DNA of 64,000 nucleotides from Vicinamibacteria bacterium (GTDB lineage Bacteria > Acidobacteriota > Vicinamibacteria > Marinacidobacterales > Marinacidobacteraceae): positions 1,120,001 to 1,184,000 of the forward strand of contig OY729431.1 of NCBI GenBank assembly GCA_963422395.1. Reading direction: 5' to 3'. Each line of letters opens with the position of its first letter. Positions within the stretch are counted from its first letter, which is position 1. Both the position numbers and the translations under genes were made by a program. The notes under the pieces were generated by a model. The model searched no databases, had not been told where the DNA came from, and saw only the letters and a list, made by a program, of their open reading frames with translations. Shown piece after piece: positions 1-10,445 of the stretch.

Positions 1-318
1 CTCCCGTTTACGGTGGGGGTGCTCGGCCAGACGGGCACCGGCATCGAGCGGGGCGCCGACGGGCGCGAATTTCCGGTGCGCGCCTGGCTCACCGGAAAGA
101 TGAACTTGCTGCCGACACCCGGTTTCGGTGTCTATCTGGGTGCCGGCGGCGGCGTCTCCACCCGCTTCGGCGGCGGCGGCGAGAAGACGCCGGTAGCGGC
201 GGGGATGGCGCTCGCCGGATTGGGCGTAGGACGGCTGCATCTCGAAGTCCAGCTCCAGCGGGACTTCGGAGAAGCGCCGAAGACCCGTTGGGTCACTTCC
301 GTCGGGCTTTCGTTCTGA
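1..318 (+). CDS. partial (5'-truncated) putative outer-membrane beta-barrel protein
   Basis: Frame open from base 1; alternating amphipathic strands (FGVYLGAGGG, LHLEVQLQR) and C-terminal ...WVTSVGLSF ending in Phe, like a beta-signal. Confidence 0.5.
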   Translation, partial: LPFTVGVLGQTGTGIERGADGREFPVRAWLTGKMNLLPTPGFGVYLGAGGGVSTRFGGGGEKTPVAAGMALAGLGVGRLHLEVQLQRDFGEAPKTRWVTSVGLSF

Positions 319-1328
319 GCCCCCCGATCACCTTTTCGGCGCCGACGCGTGTCGATCTGGCCGGCGGAACGCTGGATATCTGGCCTGTCGGGTTGCTCGT
401 GCCCCGAGCGGTAACGGTGAATGCGGCGATCAGCCTGCGGGCGCGCGCCACGGTGGCGCCTGCTTCTCGACACCGGCTCATCAACGAGCAGCGCCGCCTC
501 GACATCGCCGCCGATTCGCCCGAGAGCTTCTTTCCCCATCCGTACGCGGCTCTCGCCGGACGGCTGATCGCGTTCTTCCAGCCGGAAACTCCGGTCGAGG
601 TCCGGTGGGAAACCGCAGTCCCGCCGGGCTCCGGGCTCGGCGGATCGTCCGCGCTCGGAATGGCGATCGCCGGGGCGTTGAACCAGATCTCCGGGGCGAG
701 GTGGACGGTGCCCGAACTCGTCCGGATCGTGATGGATACCGAGGTCCGCATCCTGCGAACCGCCACCGGAGCGCAGGATCAGTACGCCGCCGGACTCGGC
801 GGAACCCGCGCCCACCACTGGGAGAGTCCGGCGCCGCGCGCCGAGCCGCTCCCCTGGGCCATGCCCGGAAAGGATCCGCTCCGGGAGCGGTTCGTCCTGG
901 TGTTCACTGGCGAGGCGCACTCCTCGGCGGACTCGAACGGGAGTGTTCTCGAACGCATCTTCGGCGGCGAACCGGCGGCGGTCCAAGGCATCGAGGAGAT
1001 CGCCGAGGCGGCGTTCTCCATGCGGGAAGCGCTCCTTTCGCGTGATTGGGATCGGGCCGCCCGGATCCTGAACCTCGAATGGCGCGCGCGGCGGGCGCTT
1101 TCCCCGGCGGTCACCACTCCCACCCTGCGGCGGTTCGAGCGCCGGCTGCGGGAAGCCGGGGCGAGCGCGGTGAAGGCGTGCGGCGCCGGGGGCGGGGGGA
1201 CGATCCTCGCCGCGGTTCCTCCTCCGCTGCGGGCTGCGGTGACCGAGACCGCGCGGGAGCTGGGCGGAGAAGTGCTCGACGCGCGGAGCGACCCCGATGG
1301 ATTGCGGCGCGAGGACGAACCGGCTTGA
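315..1328 (+). CDS. GHMP-family sugar kinase (HddA / heptose-7-phosphate kinase-like)
   Basis: APTRVDLAGGTLD N-motif, PPGSGLGGSSA GHMP loop, GAQDQYAA, KACGAGGGG; start uncertain (288-315). Confidence 0.85.
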   Translation: MSPPITFSAPTRVDLAGGTLDIWPVGLLVPRAVTVNAAISLRARATVAPASRHRLINEQRRLDIAADSPESFFPHPYAALAGRLIAFFQPETPVEVRWETAVPPGSGLGGSSALGMAIAGALNQISGARWTVPELVRIVMDTEVRILRTATGAQDQYAAGLGGTRAHHWESPAPRAEPLPWAMPGKDPLRERFVLVFTGEAHSSADSNGSVLERIFGGEPAAVQGIEEIAEAAFSMREALLSRDWDRAARILNLEWRARRALSPAVTTPTLRRFERRLREAGASAVKACGAGGGGTILAAVPPPLRAAVTETARELGGEVLDARSDPDGLRREDEPA

Positions 1329-1687
1329 GCGCCGAGCGCGCTGTCTGCAGTCTCGCCGAGCTCGCGAAGACTGCCGCGCTGGCCGTGGATGCGGGCGAGC
1401 TGCGGCTCGCCCTCTTTCTGCATGAGGGGCGGGTATTTGCGCTGAGCGAGACCTGCCCTCATCGGGGCGGGCCGCTCCATGCCGGACAGGTGACCCGCGG
1501 GGTCGTGCGCTGTCCCTGGCACCTCTGGCAGTTCGATCTCGCCTCCGGCTGCTCTCCGGTCAACCCGCATTCCTCGGTGCCGACCTATCCGGTGCGGGTG
1601 GAGAACGGAACGGTCTTCGTCCGTCTCGCCGAAGAGGCTCCGGCAGAGAGAAGGGGAGTCGGGGGAAGGCGCGAGGCCGTCGAATGA
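1325..1687 (+). CDS. Rieske [2Fe-2S] ferredoxin (NirD-like)
   Basis: CPHRGGPL and CPWHLWQFDL Rieske motifs; TTG start overlaps upstream stop. Confidence 0.9.
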   Translation: MSAERAVCSLAELAKTAALAVDAGELRLALFLHEGRVFALSETCPHRGGPLHAGQVTRGVVRCPWHLWQFDLASGCSPVNPHSSVPTYPVRVENGTVFVRLAEEAPAERRGVGGRREAVE

Positions 1688-1703
1688 CGGCCGGCGGGTC
1701 CTG

Positions 1704-2543
1704 TCAGCCGCCGACCGCTGCCAGCAGCTCTCGGTAGCGGTGCGGCGGCAGATCCGATCCGAAGCGCTTGCCGTTCTCGCGCTTGTGGAAGTCGGAACCG
1801 CCGGTCACCAGGAGACCGAGGGAATCGGCGATTTCGAGATAGCGATCTCGCTCCGCGGCGTCCTGCTCGGCGTGGTACACCTCGATCGCCCGCACTCCGG
1901 ACTCTCGCAGCAGGGGGACGAGCCTGCTCTGGTCGTCGAGGTATTTGGGGTGGGCGATGGAACTCACTCCTCCCGCCGCGTGCAGCATGTCCACTGCTTC
2001 CTTGAGTTCGACTTTCCAGCCGTACGGAACATGGCCGGCCTTTCCATCGCCGAGGTACCGCTCGAATGCCTCGGAACGATTTCGGACGATCCCTTTCCGA
2101 ACCAGGGCATCGGCAACATGGGGCCGCCCCAGCGAAGCTCCCTGGCACATCGCCGCCGCCTCCTCGTAGGTGAGCGGGATTCCCGCATCGGTCAGCTGCT
2201 GGCAGGTTCGGCGGATCCTCTCCCGGCGGCGCAGTGAGACTTCGGCGAACAGCGAGACGAGCGCCGGGTCGTCAGGGGTAACGAACAGCCCGAGCAGGTG
2301 CACGGATTCGGCCCCGTGCTGGCAGCTCACCTCGACGCCGGCGACCAGTTCGATCGCGGCTTCGGCGGCGGCCGCGCGCGCGGCGCCGATTCCCGTCAGG
2401 GTGTCGTGATCGGTGAGCGCCAGGACGGTCACTCCGTCCCTCGCTGCCTCGCGCACGACTTCGGCGGGGGGCATCTCCCCGTCCGACTCGGTGGAATGGG
2501 AATGGAGATCGATGTTGGGAGGCCGATCCGGGTGCACAACCAT
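1704..2543 (-). CDS. PHP-domain metallo-phosphoesterase (YciV/TrpH-like)
   Basis: IDLHSHSTESDG, ALTDHDT, HLLG, GRPH, AHP, TGGSDFH motifs; ATG at 2543. Confidence 0.9.
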   Translation of the reverse strand: MVVHPDRPPNIDLHSHSTESDGEMPPAEVVREAARDGVTVLALTDHDTLTGIGAARAAAAEAAIELVAGVEVSCQHGAESVHLLGLFVTPDDPALVSLFAEVSLRRRERIRRTCQQLTDAGIPLTYEEAAAMCQGASLGRPHVADALVRKGIVRNRSEAFERYLGDGKAGHVPYGWKVELKEAVDMLHAAGGVSSIAHPKYLDDQSRLVPLLRESGVRAIEVYHAEQDAAERDRYLEIADSLGLLVTGGSDFHKRENGKRFGSDLPPHRYRELLAAVGG

Positions 2544-2693
2544 GCGTGTGGCGGCGAAGTGTAGTCCCTGATCCTGGGAAAGTTCGTCGAAGGTGCTGCG
2601 CCTCCATGCCGCCGCGGCCTCTCCCGTTAGAATCCGGAGCGCCGGCGGCGGGTTCCGCCGGGCCGTTCCGCGCCGCGGAAAAGGAGCGAACCG

Positions 2694-3017
2694 ATGCTGA
2701 GCCTCACGGATGTAGCTGCGACCAAGGTCGCCGAATTTCTCGGGAAGCACGATCGCCCGGAAGCGCTGCTGCGGGTCCGCGTCGTGGGCGGGGGATGCTC
2801 CGGATTCCAGTATCAGCTCGCCCTCGACGACGAATCCCGCGCCGGCGATCAGATCATCGAACAGAACGGCGTCCGGATACTCGTGGACGAGCGCAGCCTT
2901 CCCTACCTCGACGGCACCGAAATCGACTATGTCGAAGACATCATGGGAGCCGGATTCCGGTTCAACAACCCCAACGCCGTCTCCAATTGCGGCTGCGGAG
3001 AGTCGTTCCAGGTCTGA
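2694..3017 (+). CDS. iscA: A-type Fe-S cluster carrier protein (IscA/ErpA/HesB family)
   Basis: GGCSGFQY and NPNAVSNCGCGESF; AAGGAG RBS upstream. Confidence 0.93.
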   Translation: MLSLTDVAATKVAEFLGKHDRPEALLRVRVVGGGCSGFQYQLALDDESRAGDQIIEQNGVRILVDERSLPYLDGTEIDYVEDIMGAGFRFNNPNAVSNCGCGESFQV

Positions 3018-3168
3018 GACCCCGCCCCCAGCCCGATTCCGAAGTTCCGTCTCGATCGAAAGCCCCTCGGTTTTCGGGAGCGGCGGGCCGCTGCCGAGCG
3101 GCTTCGTCCCGGAGCAGCGGGGGGACGGTCGGGCCGCCTGATGAGCGGCTGACGGGAAGAGTCTCGCC

Positions 3169-3969
3169 GTGATCGGCGCAGTCGCCGCCGTCCTGGCTTC
3201 CCGGCTGGCCGCGGGGACCCTCCTGGCCGCCGGCTGCATCGGCTGGCGTCACCCGGTGCCGGACCGCTTTCTCCGGTTTCTGCTCGACAGCGCCGCGGGA
3301 CTCTTCGCCCTGGCGCTACTTCTCGGCTGGCACCGGCCCGAGGCTGCGTACTGGGGCGGCCTCCTGACGCTCAGCCTCGCTCTCGCCGTCGGGCTGCGAC
3401 TCGTTCCGCCGCGGCTCGAATCCTCGCGGCGGCAGGCTGCCGCCGCCATGGCGGCTCTCGGACTCGCCGGGGCGCTCGCCCCCTGGTGGCTCGTTTTCCC
3501 TTCCGCTTCGGAGATCGCGACGGGGGGAGTGCCGCTGGCGATGGCCGCGAATCTCGCTGCGGCGGGGTTGCTGGGCGCGACTACGGCGACGATGGTTCTC
3601 GGCCACTGGTACCTCGTGGACACCGCGCTCTCCATCCGCCCGCTCGCCTTCGGCGCCGCCCTCCTGCTCGGAGCCACCGGGCTGCGGGTGTCGATCACCG
3701 CCGTATCGCTCGCCGCTTCCGGTGCGGCGGCGCTCCGGCTGTCGACTCCCAGCGACCTCATCTACTCGACCACGGCGCTCTTCTTTTCGTTCCGGGCGAT
3801 CACCGGGCTCATGGCGCCGGCGGCGCTTTGCCTGCTGGTGCGGAGCACGGTGCGCATCCGTTCCACCCAGTCGGCGACCGGACTGCTCTATGTCGCGCTG
3901 ATCCTCGTGCTGTTCGGAGAGCTCACCGCCGTGTTCCTCGAACAGGTTACGGGAGGCGCGCTCGTCTGA
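3169..3969 (+). CDS. multi-pass membrane protein of unknown function
   Basis: About 7-8 hydrophobic segments; conserved-looking MVLGHWYLV and STQSATGLLY segments. Confidence 0.75.
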   Translation: MIGAVAAVLASRLAAGTLLAAGCIGWRHPVPDRFLRFLLDSAAGLFALALLLGWHRPEAAYWGGLLTLSLALAVGLRLVPPRLESSRRQAAAAMAALGLAGALAPWWLVFPSASEIATGGVPLAMAANLAAAGLLGATTATMVLGHWYLVDTALSIRPLAFGAALLLGATGLRVSITAVSLAASGAAALRLSTPSDLIYSTTALFFSFRAITGLMAPAALCLLVRSTVRIRSTQSATGLLYVALILVLFGELTAVFLEQVTGGALV

Positions 3970-4028
3970 GAGAGGAGGTCGGGCCGCCTCTCGCTGCCAA
4001 CCAGCCCGCCGAGCGGTACCCTGTTCCC

Positions 4029-5357
4029 GTGCTCTCCGACTCCGAAGCCGACGGCAAACCATCCGCCGCCGCCCGCCGGGAGTTCCTCTTCCGGAGCTCG
4101 AGAGTCTTCGGCTCGCTGGCTCTGATGCCCGTCGTTCCCGTCGGCGGCCTGGCAGCTCTCGCCGAAGGCGCTTCCCGGCAGCGAGCGGATCCCGAAGCGT
4201 GGGTGGCCCGCGCCCGGGAACAGATCCCTGCTGCCGTCGGCAGCCGCTATTTCCAGACGGGCGGGATCGGTCCTTCTCCGACCGCGGTGATCGAAGCAGT
4301 CCGGGAGCGTCTCGAGTTTCAGAACCGGAGCCCCGCCGATCCGCGGGTCTCGGCGGAGATGGCGCGGATCGAGCCGGATCTCAGGGTCCATCTCGGACGG
4401 GCTTTCGGCGCCGGCGGCGACGAAGTGGCGCTGACCCACTCCACCTCGGAGGGAATCTCCATCGTCGCCTGGGGGCTCGACTGGCGGTCGGGAGACGAGG
4501 TGGTGATCTCGAACACCGAGCACCCGGCGAATGTCATTCCCTGGTATGTCCTGCGCGACCGGTTCGGCATCGTGATCCGCACGATCGATCTGGATCCCGG
4601 CACCGACCTGCTCGACGAGGTGCGGGAACAGCTTTCGCCCCGAACCCGGCTGGTGAGCATCAGCCATGTTTCCCGGAACAACGGCCGCCGGCTGCGCCCC
4701 GAACACTCCGCCGAACTCGGGAATCTCCTCCGTTCCCGAGGCGTGCGGTACCACCTCGACGGCGCCCAGGGGCCGGGTTCGGTCCCGACCGACTTCGCCG
4801 CGCTCGGCTGCGACGCCTATTCCCTGTGCGGCCACAAATGGCTCCTCGGTCCCAAGGGCACGGGGGCGCTCTTCGTGCGCCGGGATCTGCTCGACGAAGT
4901 GCGGCTTTCCTGGGCGGGTGCCCACAGCCACCAGGAGATGGATTACCAGGGCCATTACCGCCTGTTGCCGAGCGCCGCCCGCTACGAGTTCGGAACCCGG
5001 GCGCTCGCCGACTTCCACGGTTTCGACCGCGCCGTCCACTGGATGGAACAGATCGGCTTCGCCCGGATCTTCGCCCGGATCCAGGATCTGGTCGGTTACG
5101 GGATCGCGGCTTTCCGGCGGAGCGGCGTCCTCTCGCTCGCTTCGCCGGAGGATCCGAGGGACCGTTCGGGGATCCTGGTGGCGCGCCTCCCTGCGGGGTG
5201 CGACCCGGACAGCCTCTACCGCGGTCTCGGGGCGGAGGACGGGATTCTCGCTTCGCCGGTGCGCGGAGAGAGGGACTTCCGCCTCTCGATCCACTTCTTC
5301 AACACCCGGGAGGAGATCGACTCCGCGATCGAGGCCATCGTTTCGCGGTGCGGGTGA
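4029..5357 (+). CDS. class V PLP-dependent aminotransferase-like enzyme with Tat signal
   Basis: RREFL twin-arginine motif plus hydrophobic stretch; THSTSEG, EHPAN, HLDGAQ, SLCGHKWLLGPKG (PLP Lys), YEFGT; start GTG 4029 inferred. Confidence 0.85.
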   Translation: MLSDSEADGKPSAAARREFLFRSSRVFGSLALMPVVPVGGLAALAEGASRQRADPEAWVARAREQIPAAVGSRYFQTGGIGPSPTAVIEAVRERLEFQNRSPADPRVSAEMARIEPDLRVHLGRAFGAGGDEVALTHSTSEGISIVAWGLDWRSGDEVVISNTEHPANVIPWYVLRDRFGIVIRTIDLDPGTDLLDEVREQLSPRTRLVSISHVSRNNGRRLRPEHSAELGNLLRSRGVRYHLDGAQGPGSVPTDFAALGCDAYSLCGHKWLLGPKGTGALFVRRDLLDEVRLSWAGAHSHQEMDYQGHYRLLPSAARYEFGTRALADFHGFDRAVHWMEQIGFARIFARIQDLVGYGIAAFRRSGVLSLASPEDPRDRSGILVARLPAGCDPDSLYRGLGAEDGILASPVRGERDFRLSIHFFNTREEIDSAIEAIVSRCG

Positions 5358-5400
5358 TCGCCTGCTTCCTGTCGAGGCGTCGCCGGACGAGCCTCCGCCG

Positions 5401-5895
5401 ATGACGGCCCGAGGGCCCGAGGTGGGGTTCTATTGCGACGAGTGCGACCGCTATTCCACCTGGAGCCCTCCCTTTGCCGAAGGTTCTGACCGCTGCGCCC
5501 ATTGCGGCCACCCGAATCCGCCGTCGGGTCTCCCCGGGGGCGCTGCCGCCGTGGACGACGGGACTGGGAGCGGCGCCTTCGGACCCCTCGCTGCCTGCCT
5601 CCACTGCGGAAACGCCGAGCTCTACATCAAGAAGGATGTGCCCCAGCAGATCGGATGTGCGGTCGTTCTGGCCGCCGTCGCGCTGGCGACAGCCGGCTAC
5701 GCCTGGTGGGATTTCTTCGGCGCCTTCGTCGTCTTCGCCGCGGTGGCCCTGCTCGATTTCCTCATCTACCGCCGCCTCGGGAGCGTGACCGTGTGCTACC
5801 GCTGTCACGCCGAATTCCGGCGTTTCCCCGCGAATCCCGAACACCGGCCTTTCGACATGCACCGCGCCGAGGAGTACGAGGCGGACAGCAGATAG
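5401..5895 (+). CDS. Zn-ribbon (4x CxxC) membrane protein
   Basis: CDEC, CAHC, CLHC, two TM helices, then CYRC; ATG at 5401. Confidence 0.7.
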   Translation: MTARGPEVGFYCDECDRYSTWSPPFAEGSDRCAHCGHPNPPSGLPGGAAAVDDGTGSGAFGPLAACLHCGNAELYIKKDVPQQIGCAVVLAAVALATAGYAWWDFFGAFVVFAAVALLDFLIYRRLGSVTVCYRCHAEFRRFPANPEHRPFDMHRAEEYEADSR

Positions 5896-5916
5896 CTGGC
5901 AAAAGCCGGGCAGCGG

Positions 5917-8550
5917 TCAGCGGGGCAGGGGAGCCGGCTCCTCCGAGGTGTCGTCGGCCGTTTCCTGGGCTCGCAGCCGGAGCCCCCCGCCGGAGCCTTC
6001 GTCCACGCGGAGTACCGCTCCGGGGGACAGCTCTCCCGCGAGCAACATCCGTGCGGCGGGAGTCTCCACCCGGGACTGGATCACGCGGCGGACCGGCCTC
6101 GCGCCGTAGCGGGGGTCGTATCCCTCGGCGGCGAGGATCCGCAGCGCTTCTTCGCTCACTTCGAGCGAGAGGTTCTCGCTGGCGAGCCGCTTTCGCAGCC
6201 GGGCGAGCTGCAGCCTCACCACTTCCGCTACCTGGTCGCGGGTCAGGCTGCGGAACACCACCGTTTCGTCCACTCGATTCAGGAATTCGGGCGCGAATTC
6301 ACGGCGGAGTTCGGCGGCTACCGCGCGCTGGATCGCTTCTCTGCTGCTGCCGGCCTCGGCAAGCGCCAAGATCCGGCCGCTTCCCACATTCGAAGTCATG
6401 ATGAGCACCGTGTTGCGGAAGTTCACGAGCCGTCCGTGGGAGTCGGTGAGCCGGCCATCGTCGAGCACCTGCAAAAGCACGGTTCGCACCTGTGGGTGCG
6501 CCTTCTCGATCTCGTCCAACAGAACGACCGCGAACGGACGGCGGCGCACGGCTTCGGTCAACTGTCCGCCTTCCTCGAATCCGACATAGCCGGGGGGCGC
6601 CCCGGTGAGGCGCGAGGCGGCGTGTTTTTCGGTGTACTCGCTCATGTCGAGCCGCACCATCGCGCTCTCGTCGTCGAAGAGTTCGGCGGCGAGCGCGCGG
6701 GCGAGCTCGGTCTTGCCCACCCCGGTAGGCCCGGCGAACAGGAAGGCCCCGAGCGGCCGGTCCGGATCCTGGACGCCGGCTCGAGCGCGGACCACGGCGT
6801 CGGCCACCGCCCGGACGCCTTCGTCCTGTCCGATCACCCGGCGGTGCAGGAGCTCTTCCAGCCGGAGCAGCTTCTCGCGCTCTCCTTCGAGGAGTCGGTC
6901 CACCGGAATCCCCGTCCAGCGGGAGACCACCGACGCCACATCGGAGTCGGCCACTTCCTCGCGGAGCAGCCGCCCCTCCTGGCCGCCGAGCCGCGCTTCC
7001 GCCTCGGCGAGTTCCCGCCGCAGGGCGAGCGTGGTGCCGAAGCGAAGTTCCGCCGCCCGGCCCAGATCCTGCTGCCGTTCGGCCCGCTCCATCTGGAGGT
7101 TCGCTTCCTCGATGCGTTCGCGGAGCTTGCGGACGGCGAGCAGCCGCTCTTTCTCGCCCTGCCACTGGGTACGGAGCGCCCGAGCCTCTCCTTCCAGGTC
7201 GGCGAGCCGCCGCTCGAGGTCGGCGAGCCGTTTCCTCGACGCTTCGTCCGGTTCCTGCTTCAGTGCCTCGCGTTCGATCTGGAGCGACAACAGCTTGCGC
7301 TCCACTTCATCGAGCGCCGTCGGTACGCTGTCCATCTCGGTGCGAAGGCTCGCGGCAGCTTCGTCCACCAGATCGATCGCCTTGTCCGGCAGGAAGCGGC
7401 CCGAGATGTAGCGGCTGGACATCGCGGCGGCGGCGAGGAGCGCACTGTCCTGGATGCGCACGCCGTGGTGGACTTCGTAGCGCTCCTTGAGGCCGCGGAG
7501 GATGGTGACGGTGTCGGGAACGGAGGGTTCCTCCACCAGGACGGTCTGGAAACGGCGCTCGAGCGCCGCGTCCTTTTCGATGTGCTGGCGGTATTCGTCG
7601 AGAGTGGTTGCCCCGATGCAGTGCAGCTCTCCCCGGGCGAGCGCCGGTTTCAGCAGATTCGAGGCGTCCATCGCACCGTCGGTCTTTCCGGCCCCGACGA
7701 CGGTGTGCAGCTCATCGATGAACAGGATGATCGAGCCGTCCGATTCCTGAACCGCGCCGAGCACCGCCTTGAGTCGTTCCTCGAACTCACCCCGGAACTT
7801 CGCGCCCGCGATCAGCGCCCCCATATCGAGGGCGACCACTCGCTTCCCACGGAGTCCCTCGGGGACATCTCCCCCGACGATACGGAGAGCGAGCCCTTCG
7901 GCGACCGCCGTCTTGCCGACGCCCGGCTCGCCGATGAGCACCGGGTTGTTCTTGGTGCGGCGGGAGAGGATCTGCATGACCCGCCGAATCTCGGCGTCGC
8001 GGCCGATCACCGGATCGAGCGCATCCTCGGCGGCCAGCCCGGTGAGGTCGCGTCCATACCGTTCGAGCGGCTCGTAGGCGCTCTCGGGATTCTGGCTCCG
8101 CACTCGCGAGGTTCCCCGCACGGCCGCGACCGCCGCTTCGAGCGCCTTCCTCTCCATACCGGCTTCGGCGAGCGCGCGGGCGGCCCCGGAGTCCCCGGAG
8201 ACGAGCGCGAGAGCGAGGTGCTCGACGCTCAGATATTCGTCGCCGAGCTTCTTCGCCTCCCCGGCGGCGGTACGAAGAGTCTTCGCGAGCTGCCCGGACG
8301 GAGCCGGGTTCCCATCTCCCCGACGACGCTGCATCGGCAGCCGGGCAAGCGCGGCATCGGCGCGCCGTTTCGCGGCCTCCGGATCGAGATCGAGCCGACG
8401 CAGCAGCCGGAACAGCAGCCCGTCCGGCGCGTCCTCGAGGAGCGCCGTCAGCAGGTGCTCGGGGGAGACCTCGGGGTTGTTTTTCTCTGCCGCGAGTTCG
8501 GCGGCTCGGGAAAGGGCAGCGTGGGCGCGTTCCGTTGTTCGGATGGACAT
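5917..8550 (-). CDS. clpB: ATP-dependent chaperone ClpB
   Basis: Two AAA modules ([16 protein letters not shown]), long coiled-coil M-domain, GAPPGYVG; 877 aa; AAGGAGA RBS. Confidence 0.97.
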   Translation of the reverse strand: MSIRTTERAHAALSRAAELAAEKNNPEVSPEHLLTALLEDAPDGLLFRLLRRLDLDPEAAKRRADAALARLPMQRRRGDGNPAPSGQLAKTLRTAAGEAKKLGDEYLSVEHLALALVSGDSGAARALAEAGMERKALEAAVAAVRGTSRVRSQNPESAYEPLERYGRDLTGLAAEDALDPVIGRDAEIRRVMQILSRRTKNNPVLIGEPGVGKTAVAEGLALRIVGGDVPEGLRGKRVVALDMGALIAGAKFRGEFEERLKAVLGAVQESDGSIILFIDELHTVVGAGKTDGAMDASNLLKPALARGELHCIGATTLDEYRQHIEKDAALERRFQTVLVEEPSVPDTVTILRGLKERYEVHHGVRIQDSALLAAAAMSSRYISGRFLPDKAIDLVDEAAASLRTEMDSVPTALDEVERKLLSLQIEREALKQEPDEASRKRLADLERRLADLEGEARALRTQWQGEKERLLAVRKLRERIEEANLQMERAERQQDLGRAAELRFGTTLALRRELAEAEARLGGQEGRLLREEVADSDVASVVSRWTGIPVDRLLEGEREKLLRLEELLHRRVIGQDEGVRAVADAVVRARAGVQDPDRPLGAFLFAGPTGVGKTELARALAAELFDDESAMVRLDMSEYTEKHAASRLTGAPPGYVGFEEGGQLTEAVRRRPFAVVLLDEIEKAHPQVRTVLLQVLDDGRLTDSHGRLVNFRNTVLIMTSNVGSGRILALAEAGSSREAIQRAVAAELRREFAPEFLNRVDETVVFRSLTRDQVAEVVRLQLARLRKRLASENLSLEVSEEALRILAAEGYDPRYGARPVRRVIQSRVETPAARMLLAGELSPGAVLRVDEGSGGGLRLRAQETADDTSEEPAPLPR

Positions 8551-8580
8551 GACAGTCTCCTTATCAGGTTTTCTTCGTCG

Positions 8581-8610
8581 AATGTAAACGATATAAGGGT
8601 TTCATGTCAA
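8581..8610 (-). promoter_or_regulatory. sigma70-type promoter of clpB
   Basis: Minus strand TTGACA-N18-TACATT in an AT-rich patch about 30 nt upstream of the ATG. Confidence 0.65.
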
Positions 8611-8633
8611 ATAATCTTTGCTTTTACAACTAA

Positions 8634-8830
8634 GATCGAAGGAGGGTCGAAGACGATTTCTCGCCGCTTTCCCCGTTTTCCGTGGCCGCACTCCATAGCA
8701 GCCCGGAGGTGATGCGAGTTCTGCTGTCCGCTGGAGCCGACGCCGATTTTTTCGTGTGCCGGCGGCCACACTCCGATAGCGAGCGTGATGGATCCCGTCG
8801 TGGAAACGGCGTTATCGAAGACTCAGCGGC
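8634..8830 (+). pseudogene. ankyrin-repeat protein remnant
   Basis: FSPLSPFSVAALHSSPEVMRVLLSAGADADF; removing one T of the T6 run (8747-8752) continues as SCAGGHTPIA (GxTPL-like). Confidence 0.6.
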
Positions 8831-8978
8831 CGATCCGATCTGTCGGCGATCGCTCAGTCTTTGCAGAGATAGGAGACGGGACCCGGACAGCTGGTCCGGA
8901 GGGCGGCGATACTCTCGATTTCCCGGTCTCGGTTTTTCCGGTCGGGGCCGAGGGAGCAACCCTTGGAAAGGCCGACAG

Positions 8979-10163
<1,185 letters not shown>

Positions 10164-10204
10164 TGGACGAATCTCCCTGAAAAGGCGGGGCAGGGGAGGG
10201 AAGG

Positions 10205-10347
10205 CCGGACTCTATCCGTCGCCGAGCCGCAAGCCCCTTCGTCTCGACGACGAACAGCTGGTCGAATTCCCGATCGGATTCCTGGCCGTCGTCCGCTCCT
10301 TCGGGCCGGTGCGCGAAGAGGGAATCCGGATCGATGCGGCTGTTAGC
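10205..10347 (-). pseudogene. fragment resembling type III restriction Res-subunit nuclease domain
   Basis: Minus frame reads NSRIDPDSLFA...FDQLFVVETKG, a PD-(D/E)xK-like pattern; no start or helicase region. Confidence 0.4.
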
Positions 10348-10445
10348 TGAGTCCGAACGACGGGGTCGTAGCGCTGCTGCACCGCCACGCCGGCGATGCT
10401 ACCAGCGGCGGGAGGCGCGCCGGAGCCGGTAGGCTCTCTTGAGCG

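Noticed and set aside
3133-3165. CTGATGAG hammerhead-like core between iscA and the membrane gene
   Set aside because: No stem II followed by GAAA; the flanks GCCGC/GCGGC simply close a hairpin.
8551-8640. CIRCE, HAIR or CtsR operator at clpB
   Set aside because: No TTAGCACTC-N9-GAGTGCTAA, CTTGAGT-N7-ACTCAAG or clear heptad repeats.
6436-8712. Long antisense ORFs (e.g. 758 aa opposite clpB, 954 aa opposite RND, 982 aa opposite recG, 947 aa opposite icd)
   Set aside because: Shadow ORFs expected from high-GC codon bias; no recognisable motifs.
10164-10230. Glycine riboswitch upstream of kbl (CTTTTCAGG)
   Set aside because: Other aptamer elements (GGAGA...CCGAAG arrangement) not found in the right order.
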